Part shown: positions 13,143 through 23,800 of the stretch, one piece after another | Layout: the number at the start of each line of letters is the position of its first letter | How positions within the stretch are numbered: the stretch's first letter is position 1 | DNA from: Mytilus californianus | Lineage: Eukaryota | DNA: 64,000 nucleotides | Direction: 5' to 3' | NCBI RefSeq assembly: GCF_021869535.1 | Contig: NW_026262734.1 | Coordinates: 66,464,001-66,528,000 of the forward strand | The notes under the pieces: generated by a model | Seen by the model: the letters and a program-made list of their open reading frames with translations, nothing else | Databases searched by the model: none | What the model was told of the DNA's origin: nothing | Program-made: the position numbers and the translations under genes

Positions 13143-13212
13143 TGTCGTAGATGAAACTTGTTTGTATATATTCTCGTTTGTTTATAGTCTTTTGCAATAT
13201 CGGAAGTACATG

Positions 13213-13251
13213 TGTTCAGAATGTGACGTCAGACTTACTTTATCTCCGGAA
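13213..13251 (-). promoter_or_regulatory. Right subterminal motif, mirror of the left one; putative transposase promoter
   Basis: The minus strand reads TTCCGG...TGACGTCACATTCTGAACA, 18/19 identical to the left motif and about 70 bp upstream of the transposase ATG. Confidence 0.5.
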
Positions 13252-13432
13252 ATTGCCGATCGATAAAATCGCCTTAGGTGTGATTACGAATGTAAACCTC
13301 ACCTGTGTGGAAATCTTTTTTGATACACGGAATTTTGAAATCGGGTTTTTTGCAATCGATTTCTAAATTTATTTGAAAGAAGTAAAATCATAAAAAAAAT
13401 ATTTCAACATTTAGACTGATATGGCATTTTAA

Positions 13433-13860
13433 ACAAATGGAAAACAACTGTCATATTCGTGACTTGGTACAGGTATTTCCTTATGTAGAAAATGGTGGTA
13501 CAAAGGATTCAAATTCAGCCTTGTTGTGGGTTATTTTTGTATTTTTATTGTAGTAAACTATGTATTGAAAACAATATCATGAATATTGCAAACGCTGTGA
13601 ACAAATACTCCACTATCTGAGTGAAGATCCCCGTTTCAATATGTCATTGATTAATTTTCAAATACTATAGCTCAAGGCCAAAATATTTGAAAATCCAATA
13701 CTTTCAAACTTTAAGATAATGAATTAAAGACCGAAAAGGACAAACTATAGCTTTAACCGGACAAGTACTTATTACTTTGAATAAGGGAGAAATATTCAAA
13801 AATTTTGTAACAGCAAATTTTAATAAGACAATATCTGTATACTGTTCTAGTGATACACTA
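13433..13860. repeat. Continuation of the 1-4597 array beyond the Kolobok insertion
   Basis: acaaatggaaaacaactgtcatattcgtgacttggtacagg... matches 2681-3000 closely. Confidence 0.8.
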
Positions 13861-14273
13861 AGTAAAGTAGTTAAGGTTGTTCGGATGTCAGGGCGGAATG
13901 TATACAGAACCAATTGAAATTTTAGATCATTACATTCCTTTCGAAATTATCATAAATTTATACCAAAATTTAGTACCTTAACTCAGAACAAGTTGTCACG
14001 GTAATGTCCTATTTCTTTCAATTCGCAAAGAATTTTGGAAGTAATTAAATGCATATGACTCGGAGACACACATACCAACACGACTTGTCTCGTCATCAAC
14101 GTTCTGTCGTATGCAAATTAGATGAATAGAGCGTGCCGACCTCTGTGCAAATTTCAATATTTCCTCTGGCGTACATCTACCAATTTCGACAAATCAGGCA
14201 GTCAGATATTGAATCTAGATTAATTTCGACCTATCGCTCAGTCAACTATAATTTGAGTTTGTTCTTACATCAT

Positions 14274-14528
14274 AAAATTGAGAATGGAAATGGGGAATGT
14301 GTCAAAGAGACAACCCGACCAAAGAGCAAAAAACAGCCGAAGGCCACCAATGGGTCTTCAACACAGCGAAAAAATCCCGCACCCGGAGACGGGCTTCAGC
14401 TGGCCCCCAAACGAAAATGTGTACTAGTTCAGTGAAAATGGACGTCATACTAAACTCCAAAACATATAAATGAACTTAAATTAAAAAACATACAAGACTA
14501 ACAAAGGCTCCTGACTAGGGACAGGCGC
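14274..14528 (+). repeat. Dispersed repeat family B (ataaaattgagaatggaaatggggaatgtgtcaaagagac...)
   Basis: Partial copies at about 25000-25080 (plus) and 22080-22200 (minus). Confidence 0.7.
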
Positions 14529-15129
14529 AATTTTTAAAACAACTCTTTACTGCATATTGTACCAACCACCGATATATTTTTCCGACTGTTCATTTGATCT
14601 TGTAAAATCAATGTTTGTTCATATTAACAAAAAATGTTTATAATGTTATACTTGGTGAAGAATTTTATTCATGTACGGGACTTACAGTCCTGGCCATTTT
14701 AGTTGTGGCAAAGTGACACCTTGTGATCTGAGACCATACGTTCAAACGATTTCATACTTATATAATTAGTAGCATTGTTTGGCATTACGATACTGCCATT
14801 GAAACATTTTTGGCCTATTGTTACATAATGAAATTTCACTTACTTTACTCCTATGAGGCAATATGATTGAAGCTTTCATTACTAGAAATGTTATCTTAAT
14901 CACGTGTAGATGACCTCGTTGAACGGCCATTTTGATTTGACAGTTTTTGGGGGCTTTTTGGACTTCATTCCTTCATTTTTGCTTATGTACCATGTCTATA
15001 TAATTATATAGTATGTTTGTACCATTTTGTTTTTCCTTGTTGAAATAGTTATTTGTTTTATAGCGATTAAAATTGTTACACAATATTGACTGCTGTATCC
15101 CAATTATTGATTTTTATACCTATTATGTC

Positions 15130-15385
15130 TGTTTGTTTTTGCTCATGACACGTTGTTGTCAATATAACGGAATTATATATGACTTCCATACAAGTTAGAG
15201 GATTGGCTAGCTATAAAACCAGGTTTAATCAACCATTTTCTACATAAGGTAATGCCTGTACAAAGTCAAGAGTATGACAGTTGTTTTCCATTCGTTTGAT
15301 GTGTTTGAGCTTTTGATATTGCCAGTTGATAAAGCACTTTCCGTTTTGAATTTTCCTTTTAGTTCGAAATTTTGTTATTTTACCT
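15130..15385 (-). repeat. Dispersed repeat, inverted homolog of the 2600-2760 / 4510-4597+13433 segment
   Basis: gttgttttccattcgtttgatgtgtttgagcttttgat is the reverse complement of 2667-2698. Confidence 0.75.
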
Positions 15386-15872
15386 TTTGCACAAGGCCAT
15401 GTTTTGACGTCTTTAAACGAAATAAGTTGGAGGTGAACTGAATGACATGCTAGGCTGTTAAAACAAGGTTAAATAACTGTGAATACTGTTTGATCGGTAC
15501 TCTATTAAGTTTATCGTTTTGTTAGTTCTTTCCGTGTTTATTTATATTTATGTGCTGTAACCACTACGTCATAATTTAGGGGAGTATTGAGCGCACATAA
15601 CCCTGGTCTGTTTCAAGCAAGAACAATATTATTCAGAGGATGACTTTAATAAGATTTGTTTTTCGCTTATATTTTTAGTATCAATCAGACTATTAATTTA
15701 TCTTTTGAATTGCCTCAGATTCTGTCACGAAGACTTAGGGTAAATTTTAGATTTTCACATCATTGTCTCTTGGTTTTTAGTAAATGGTTGTCTGATAGAC
15801 ATTTTTACCTTATCTCATTATATTATATAGAGGGTAACATTTCTCTAAGAGAACATTTTTCGATAAACAATG

Positions 15873-16375
15873 GGCATTCCCATGGGAACCAAACGTACTC
15901 CTCTTCTTCTCGAATTGTTCCTTTATTCATATGAGGCTGACGTCATATGGGAACGTCTTTGGAAGAAGAAAAGAAGTTAGCAGTATCCCTTAACTTTACT
16001 TTCCGCTATATAAAGATGATATATATAAAAAAGAAGATGTGGTATGAGACAACTCATCACAAGAGACCAAATGACACAGAAATTAAGTGTTCTCTCACTG
16101 AATAATTAAAACATTGCGGAACGCAATTATCCCATTGAACTTGAGAAGAAGGACACAACAGATGAAATTAAGTCTGCCTCATATCTTGACTTACATCTAC
16201 AAATTGGCAATGATTATCGGTTGAAAACAAAACTTAACGACAGATGATTTCAGCTTCTCAATTGTGAACTTTCCATTTTTATTTACCAATATTCCAGCAG
16301 TATATATCTCCCAGTTGGTACGATATTCCAGGGCTTGTATTTCCTGTCATGATTTCCTTGCTAGAGGGTTGCTGA
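15873..16375 (+). mobile_element. Penelope-like retroelement reverse transcriptase remnant, interrupted by repeat A
   Basis: Frameshifted translation GIPMGTK..LFLYSYEAD..LNFTFRYI(K)DD [repeat A at about 16021-16086] LSLNN..YPIELEKKDTTDEIKSASYLDLHL..DDFSFSIVNFPFL..YISQLVRYSRAC. Confidence 0.8.
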
Positions 16376-16384
16376 TTTTGCTGC

Positions 16385-17125
16385 TGTGAAACGTTAGTCT
16401 GTTCCTTGTCATGTCACGTCTAGACCATAGAAACGCTCTGCTCTATGAAGTGAATGCCAGTTTAGTAAATAAGTTACAGCGTGTACAGAATAAGGCAGCT
16501 AGACTCGTTACACGTACCAAGAAACACCATCATATTACACAGGTGCTTATGTCACTTCATTGGATCCCAGTGCAGTACCAAATACAACACAAACTGCTTT
16601 TATATACTTTCAAAATTCTAAATGGCAAAGCAAACTTATTAGCGCCTATCAACCATCAAGATCTGTTGTACGCACCAAAACTTACGATGAAAGACGTTTC
16701 GACAAAGCTACTGCGAGCCTCTGGAACAATCTTCCTAGTCATCTCAAACATGAACACTCCATCGAACGTTTTAAGAAAAATTTAAAAATACCTTATTTTA
16801 GACTCGCTTAAAGTGAGTACATTTAACTTCCTATAATGACAGTAACTTTTTATCTTTGTTCTTTCCGTTGTAGTATATGCCTTTTTAATAATTTTTGTAA
16901 TTGTTCTTTCCGTTGTAGTATATGCCTTTTTAATAATTTTTGTAATTGTTCTGCTTCCTTTTTATATGTGTTAAAAATTTTAATTCATTATTATTGTATT
17001 GATGGGTTTAATGTAAAACACCTCTTTTAACTGCATTGATTGTTTTATGTTAAGCGCTTATAATTAGAGTAGTTTTAATAAGATAATGCGCTACATAAAT
17101 ATTGTAAATAATAAAAATAATAATA
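16385..17125 (+). mobile_element. L2/CR1-group LINE 3' fragment (RT C-terminus, 3' UTR, TAA-type tail)
   Basis: ORFs 16411..16785 and 16560..16811 give SRLDHRNALLY..KLQRVQNKAARLV..HITQVLMSLHWIPV..KLLLYTFK and TYDERRFDKATASLWNNLP..FKKNLK. The tail aataataaaaataataataa lies at about 17108-17126. Confidence 0.8.
16856..16952. repeat. 45-bp tandem duplication (2.1 copies)
   Basis: ttgttctttccgttgtagtatatgcctttttaataatttttgtaa at 16856 and 16901. Confidence 0.9.
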
Positions 17126-17407
17126 AGGAAGCTATTAATAGATATAAGAAGATGTGGTATGAGTGCCAATGAGACAACTCTCCATCCAAGTCACAATTTG
17201 TAAAAGTAAACCATTATATGTCAAAGTACGACCTTCAACACGGAGCCTTGGCTCATACCGAACAGCAAGCTATAAAGGGCCCCAAAATGACTAGTGTAAA
17301 ACCATTCAAACAAGAAAACCAACGGTTTAATCTATTTAAAAAACGAGAAACACTTAGGAACCACATCAACAAACGACAACCACTGAACATCAGGTTCCTG
17401 ACTTAGT

Positions 17408-17757
17408 GTCACAGATCAAGACGGATTTGTCCCAATTGTCGTAACTACAATCCCGTCCCCTTTTCCCCAAATATGATCTACTGAAAATATCACCGGGTGT
17501 TTACTTACATGAGAAACATGACGGGTGCCACATGTTGAGCAGGATCTGCTTACCCTTCCGGAGCACCTGAGATTTCCCCAGTTTTTGGCGGGTTTTGTGT
17601 TGCTCAGTCTTTAGTTTTCTATGTTGTGTTTTGTCTGAGGTTTTTTTTTGTCTGTATGTCTGTTTGGTCATTTTCTTTTTTAGCCAAGTCCTTATCAGTT
17701 ATGATTTTCGACTTATGAGTTTGAATGTCCCTTTGATATCTTTCGCCACGCTTTTGT
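17408..17757 (+). repeat. Dispersed repeat family D (acccttccggagcacctgagatcacccc...), probably a retroelement-derived 3' end
   Basis: Copies at about 34118-34330 and 36128-36290 (plus), with partial tails at about 47605-47715 and 56880-56990 (minus). Confidence 0.7.
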
Positions 17758-20046
17758 ATCTAATAGAGATTTCCAATAAAATGACATACGTACCTAACTC
17801 GACGTACGCACGTAACAGGACCGGTTATTGCTAACCTATTAATTTTGTTAAATGCGTCATTCAAGTTTTAACTAAGTATTCCTAAACTATAAAACCCATT
17901 CAGGATAAATTTTATCAACATCAAGTATTTCTAAGATGATGAAAAACGAAAGAAATCATGATATTTATACATCACGTGATTATTGAGATTCCCGACAAAA
18001 CTTCACTGTCATAAGACCACGTATATACACGTATCTTTACCTATCATACGATTGATTGGAGTTGTCTTTCATGGTTTTGACCATGACTTTGTTTTTCGAT
18101 ATACTCTGCTAATGAACCTTTTTATACTTATATACTTATTTTATGCATGCATCTCTTTGCTACATAATTTTTATAAATGTCCAAGATAAAGCCAATAGAG
18201 ATCATAGAAGTATGTTTATCAAATGATCATGTCTCCTCATAATTAAAACAGTAAGAAAGCGATTGACTCGTCCGACTAAAACGAAGCACAAAAACAGAAA
18301 TTACTAGTATTTCAAAATAAACTCCATGTACCGATCTTAGAGTATTCACAGCTACTGAACACTATCTTATAAACAACTACAACTAATAAATACAGAATAA
18401 TTATGCAGTCTAGAATATTAATCAATTATTTTGTACTGTTACACCAGGCCCGTTAACATGTTTAACCCCGCCACATTATGTATGGATGTGAGTGTCAAGT
18501 AAGGAGCCTGTAATTCAGTGGTTATCATTTGTTGCTGTGCTTTCGTTCATTTTTTGTACATTAATTAGGCCGTTAGTTTTATCGTTTTTGTTGTTTTACA
18601 TTTGTCATTTTGTGGCCTCTTATAGCTGACTATTCGGTATAGGCTTTGCTCATTGTTGAAGGTCGTACAGTGGCCTATAGTTGTTAATTTCTGTGTCATT
18701 TGGTCTCTTGTGAAGAGTTGTCTCATTGGTAATCATACTATATCTTCCTTTTTGTATTATCGCAAATTAAGTAAAAGAGTACATAAACACTCTAGAAAAG
18801 CAAGACCTTGTGTCATTTCAAAAGCACAGAGTGTCTGTAGGACCATTAGTGTTCATAACTGTATAGCAGATTATATGTAGTTTCTATAAAATGTAATGAT
18901 AATTTATCAGTAAAAGATACATAATTATTAGTAAGTGGGATTATATATAACTAAATAAATGAATATTTATATTAAAAGAAACATCAGAAACAAGAATATG
19001 TGTACATTAGATTACACGCCAGTATCACATTTCCGTGTTAGGTGAGCTCTAAGTCCAGGAAAAAATCCAATTCAGTATGTAGTCTTAAACTTCTAAATCT
19101 CGTGCGAGATGTCTAATGTTCAAACATTGTTGTTTTTGAAACGTATTTATCAAAGTCAAACGACAATCATTTATTTTTTTTTGGTGCTATACAATTTGTG
19201 GTTATGGCCGAATCCAAGATATTTGAAAGAGGGCGTAGTTCCCGATAATTGAATTTGTACTGCCGAGCGAAGCAACGCGAAAAAATATTGGACGATTTCA
19301 TACTAAACATTTGTATATAGATAACGTGGAAAATGTGAAATGTTCAAAATAACTTGGCAAATCGAAAGGGGGGAGTACGCCCTCTACCCCTGTATCTGCG
19401 AATGCACGTTTAGGTATACATGATCAAAACCTCGTCCCATGCATTATTATAGTTTAAGACTAAAAAGCACTTTTTGATAAATGTATCAATGATATGAATT
19501 TCTGCCCACGTCAAATTATCTTGAATTAAATTATAGAAAAATATTTTTTTTTAAAGTTAGTCGCGTACACCTTTTACATTCGGGTGTGTTGGAATCCACG
19601 TTTTAAACGTTAAAACTTATAAACACAAAAACAGAGATAACCTTCTCGCTTCGGATTTCATTATTTTAATATTTTCATGCTAAATATTTACTTGGTAGTT
19701 TTTTAAATTCATATGTTGTGAAGAACTGAAATATGGGTCAAGTGAAATGGCAAGAAATGATGGGTGTATTTGATTACAAGTTGCTAGCTTACTTATTCCA
19801 TTAAAAATTTGTTTGTCAATAAAATCATTAAAAATTAAATAACAAAATATTTAAAGATTAAAAAAATTAGTTGGGGTTGATTTTTACATTAAGTCTATAT
19901 CAGCAAAAAATGCGTGTTCAAAGAGCAAAATATGCATGCAGTGTATGCTCCCCTCCGTCATGCTTCGATGCAATAGGACGATATACGTTGAGTTAGGTCG
20001 GTTATGTCGAGTAAAGTCATTTTATTGGAAATCTCTAATAAAAGAT

Positions 20047-20178
20047 TACATTTCGCTAAGTGAACATTTTATTGTATAGAGGATAACATTTCGCTGAGTG
20101 AACATTATTTTTAATAGAGGGTAACATTTAGCTAAGTGAACATTATATTTTATAGAGGGTAACATTTAGCTAAGTGAA
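20047..20178. repeat. 38-bp minisatellite, about 3.5 copies
   Basis: aacatttagctaagtgaacattatattttatagagggt units at 20047, 20085, 20123 and 20161. Confidence 0.85.
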
Positions 20179-20806
20179 GCAATATTGTTGTTTATTTTTA
20201 TCATTAATAGTAATTAATTAACCAAATGTAGGAGCTATGAAAGATATTACCGACATACGCGTAGTGCGCACGAAATCGTATCATTATTTTACGTTATCAT
20301 AAACATACGATTAGTGTTGTATCTTATGCTATATTTTGTAATATAAACTTTCGGACGATTGAGTTATCAATACTAGACATGTATCATTGACCACGTCCAA
20401 ATTGTAAATTGAACTGTTGCATTATATGTTGATATACATATAGAATACATATAGTTGCTTATTAATTACATCTTTTGGACTCTGGTGGATAGTTGTTTCA
20501 TTCGCAATTAACCACATCTTCTTATTTTTATATGTATTAGAGAATACTAGTAAGATATACTTTCACAGTCAATAAGTCCATAAAATTATTTAGAAGACCT
20601 GTCATCTTTATTCATACACTGAACTCTGCTTACTTAACAAATATAATTGATTTAAAGTTTTAAAAAATACATAAAGAGATCTATACTTGTCACATCTGGT
20701 AAAAGAAGATGACAACTTACTAGAAATAATCTTTATAAGCTTGCATTATGTGTGAAATTATATTTGGATAAGCATGGTGTCTAGGATAGGCTATAATAAC
20801 AGGCAT

Positions 20807-23800
20807 ATGATGTTTTATTTGACGTTCTTCTTTTTTGTAGCTGCTGCAAGTAAGAAATTAATTCATTTCCTCATAATCAATTTATCATTTGTAAATAAAA
20901 TAATTGAAATTTATCTATAAATCCTACTGAAAAATACGATAACTTTTCCAAACTTTTATGTGTTCTTCAAAACAGATATACTATTAAACTTAAAATACGA
21001 ACCTATGTGTCCTTACTGCCCCCATTTGTTTGTTATGTTATATATGCATTGTGTATAATAATTCCCACAGATTTACAAATGTAAGTACCGTAAGTTGGTG
21101 TAGACTGTGGCATGAATACCACCCAGTTACACTTTTTAGATTTCTATTATCTATTTACTTTTCACCATATATCGATATTGTGACAGCAATAAATATTAAG
21201 ATGTTCGTTTGTTTATTGATTAACACAAATGTAAGTATTCAGCTATAAGCTATATTTCTTTAAGTAATAATTTATTCATCATGTTTTACCGCCACATAAT
21301 ACATCTTGTATTCATTTTTTTTTTCGTCATACTATTAATTATCTCGGTGTTATCAGGGGTGTACAAAATTTTACACCGCTGTTGAAAATTCTGAGGAGCA
21401 GCCGAAGTGTATGCATTTTAAGCACCGGTGCAAAAATATAAAGAATTTATTTTGTATGAAGCAATCCTTTACTCATTTTTATACCGGGCTGTAAAATAAA
21501 AAAATGCTTATGAAAAACTTCCACTACAACATTTTTTCAACACCAAAGTTGGTGCGCATTGTCAGTAATACCTTTTTTAATGACGAATGAATTCTTCTTT
21601 TTCTTAATGTTCTTTTCATTTGATTAAATGTACTTTTGGATGCTTTCAAAAAACATTAACAACATAAACAGATTCATAATGACATGTTTGTAATGCTCAT
21701 AACAGTTGGAAGTATAAACTGGAAATTTTCTACTTTTCCGTTTTTAGCGTTTAAAGATCATTATCTAATTACAAATCAGCACGCTTGGTTGTACTTTTCA
21801 CTACTTTATCTTACAATAAAACTAGTCGATCACGTATCGATATGCGTGCATTCTTTATCAAACCCTAATTCAACAAAACATCCAGTCAGTGTATCGACTA
21901 GAATAAAACTGTTTCATTCTTCATCCTGCCTATGCAAGGTATATTAGTTCAATCTGTCAATACAAACTGGAGAAAGGCTGAAATATAAGTTTGCCTTTCA
22001 ATAATGCTTAATATTGATTTTTTTCCGATATTGTACCTTTTCCATTTGGAATAAATGCACTAATATAAATAATACATGAAACAATATCTAGCCTTTGTTA
22101 GTCTTGAGTGTTATTTTTAATTTTGGTTCTTTATATGTTTCGGAGTTAAGTGTGGCGTCCGTTTCGCTGAACTAGTATACATTATTGTTTAGGGGCAAAC
22201 TTTAGTTTGAAGTACTGCCCAAGAATTAAAAGCCTCCTGCCAAAAGGGATTTTGCACATGTGTTTTGCACATGTGTTTTTGGACCTACATTGTTGTACAT
22301 AGAGCAGTTCATTTATTTTTATTCAGAATTAGCCAGTAACTTACAACAATTATTAGTTTGTTTAATGATTCTTCTTATCTAAGTTAATCTTAATAAGAGA
22401 TAACCTATGTTGATATAATGGAAAAGAGAGTATATAGTATTTCAATTCATGACTCAAAATCACAAAGCAAACATTTGAAACTTAACAAACGTAAATTCAT
22501 ATACACATAATAAGTAAACACCAATGCATTTCAGGTCAGACCGAGTTTCCCTGCACATTTCCGTGTGATTGGATTAATAAGACGTTCTCGATGCATTATT
22601 ACAGTCCTGTAGTAGGACATGCACTATTGACTACTTGGACTTTCAATGCCGATGGAACGACAGGGACATTGTTTTCCAAGGATATAGTGTGTTATCAAAT
22701 ATCGGAACAATTCCTTGTCGTCAGGTATTGATCAGCAGAATGCACAGTTTAGTTTTTGGCAACATATCTGTTATGTTCGGAAAAGGTTTTTGGGTTGTTT
22801 TTTTGTTTTTTTGTTTTTGTTTTTTGTTTTTGTTTTTTTTGTTTTTTTGTTTGTTTTTTTTCGGGGGGGGGGGGGGTGTTGTAACATTGTTTGTTTGTTT
22901 CTTGCAATCGGCTTATATCATTACAAATTTTATACAAAACTAAACCGGAAGGTTATTTAGGCCAGAACTTTCTTTTATTGATATACCGATATATAAAGAA
23001 TGTCATTTCACTAAACAAATAATGGCTGTTGTCAACAAATTTATACACTTAACATTGTATACAGGATACCAGAATCAACCCTAAGTTAAATAAATACCTT
23101 GTCTCATAGCAAAAATTGAAATTGCCAGAGTGGAAACGAAACTTTACGAGAAATATGATGACTTCGATACAACGAAAGGGACATTATTTGAATCATTGGT
23201 GAAACAGGGTTTTCGTAATGACTTGCATGTTATGATTACAATTTTTTTTTGTTCTAAAAAACGTTACCATTAAGAACACTTGGTTCAACAGACGTAGTCA
23301 TATTTAAAAGAAACCAATATAGAATATGAATTACTTATAGCTGAGAGGAATAATCGACCGGATAATTATCACGGGAAAACATTTTTCAATCGAGGCGAAG
23401 CCAAAGCTCACAATGTTTTTTTTTTTTTAAGGGGTTATGTCCTGCTTTAACTAACTAAGGACATTTTTATCACGTGTTAGATTGTGGTTTGACATAACGT
23501 CGTCTGATCTTTTAATTACCGAACGTGACTTGTTTCCGATTGTGACTGTTTTGCTGAGTGTGAATTCGCATTGCTATAAGACGTGTCACGGTACTTTTCT
23601 ATCCAAAATTCATGTATTTAGTTTTGATGTTATATTTGTAATTCTCATCGGATTTTGTCAAATGTCTTATCGTTTGTAGTTGTAAATCTTATTTTGTTTC
23701 TGTTGTATTCGTGTGTTATGGTAAAGATAATTAATCACCCAGTTAATTTATTAGAGTTTAGTTTGGGTCAACTAAATTCATACGATATATTTGGTTTACA

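Larger units (their letters stand above)
4602..13428. mobile_element. Kolobok-superfamily DNA transposon, both ends present, coding-defective (8827 bp)
   Basis: TTAA at 4598-4601 and 13429-13432. Termini AGTGCCATAT and (revcomp) AATGCCATAT match 9/10 and start with RR. It encodes a THAP-DDE transposase and a convergent KolX-like gene. The flanks join to rebuild the repeat seen uninterrupted at about 2641-2760. Confidence 0.9.

Noticed and set aside
4602-13428. Composite Kolobok with long terminal direct repeats and a His-Me nuclease
   Set aside because: End similarities here are inverted, not direct, and the second gene is KolX-like.
22635-22960. Overlapping ORFs rich in F or K
   Set aside because: They arise from a T-rich microsatellite and G run in intron 2; the real exon is 22535-22724 in another frame.
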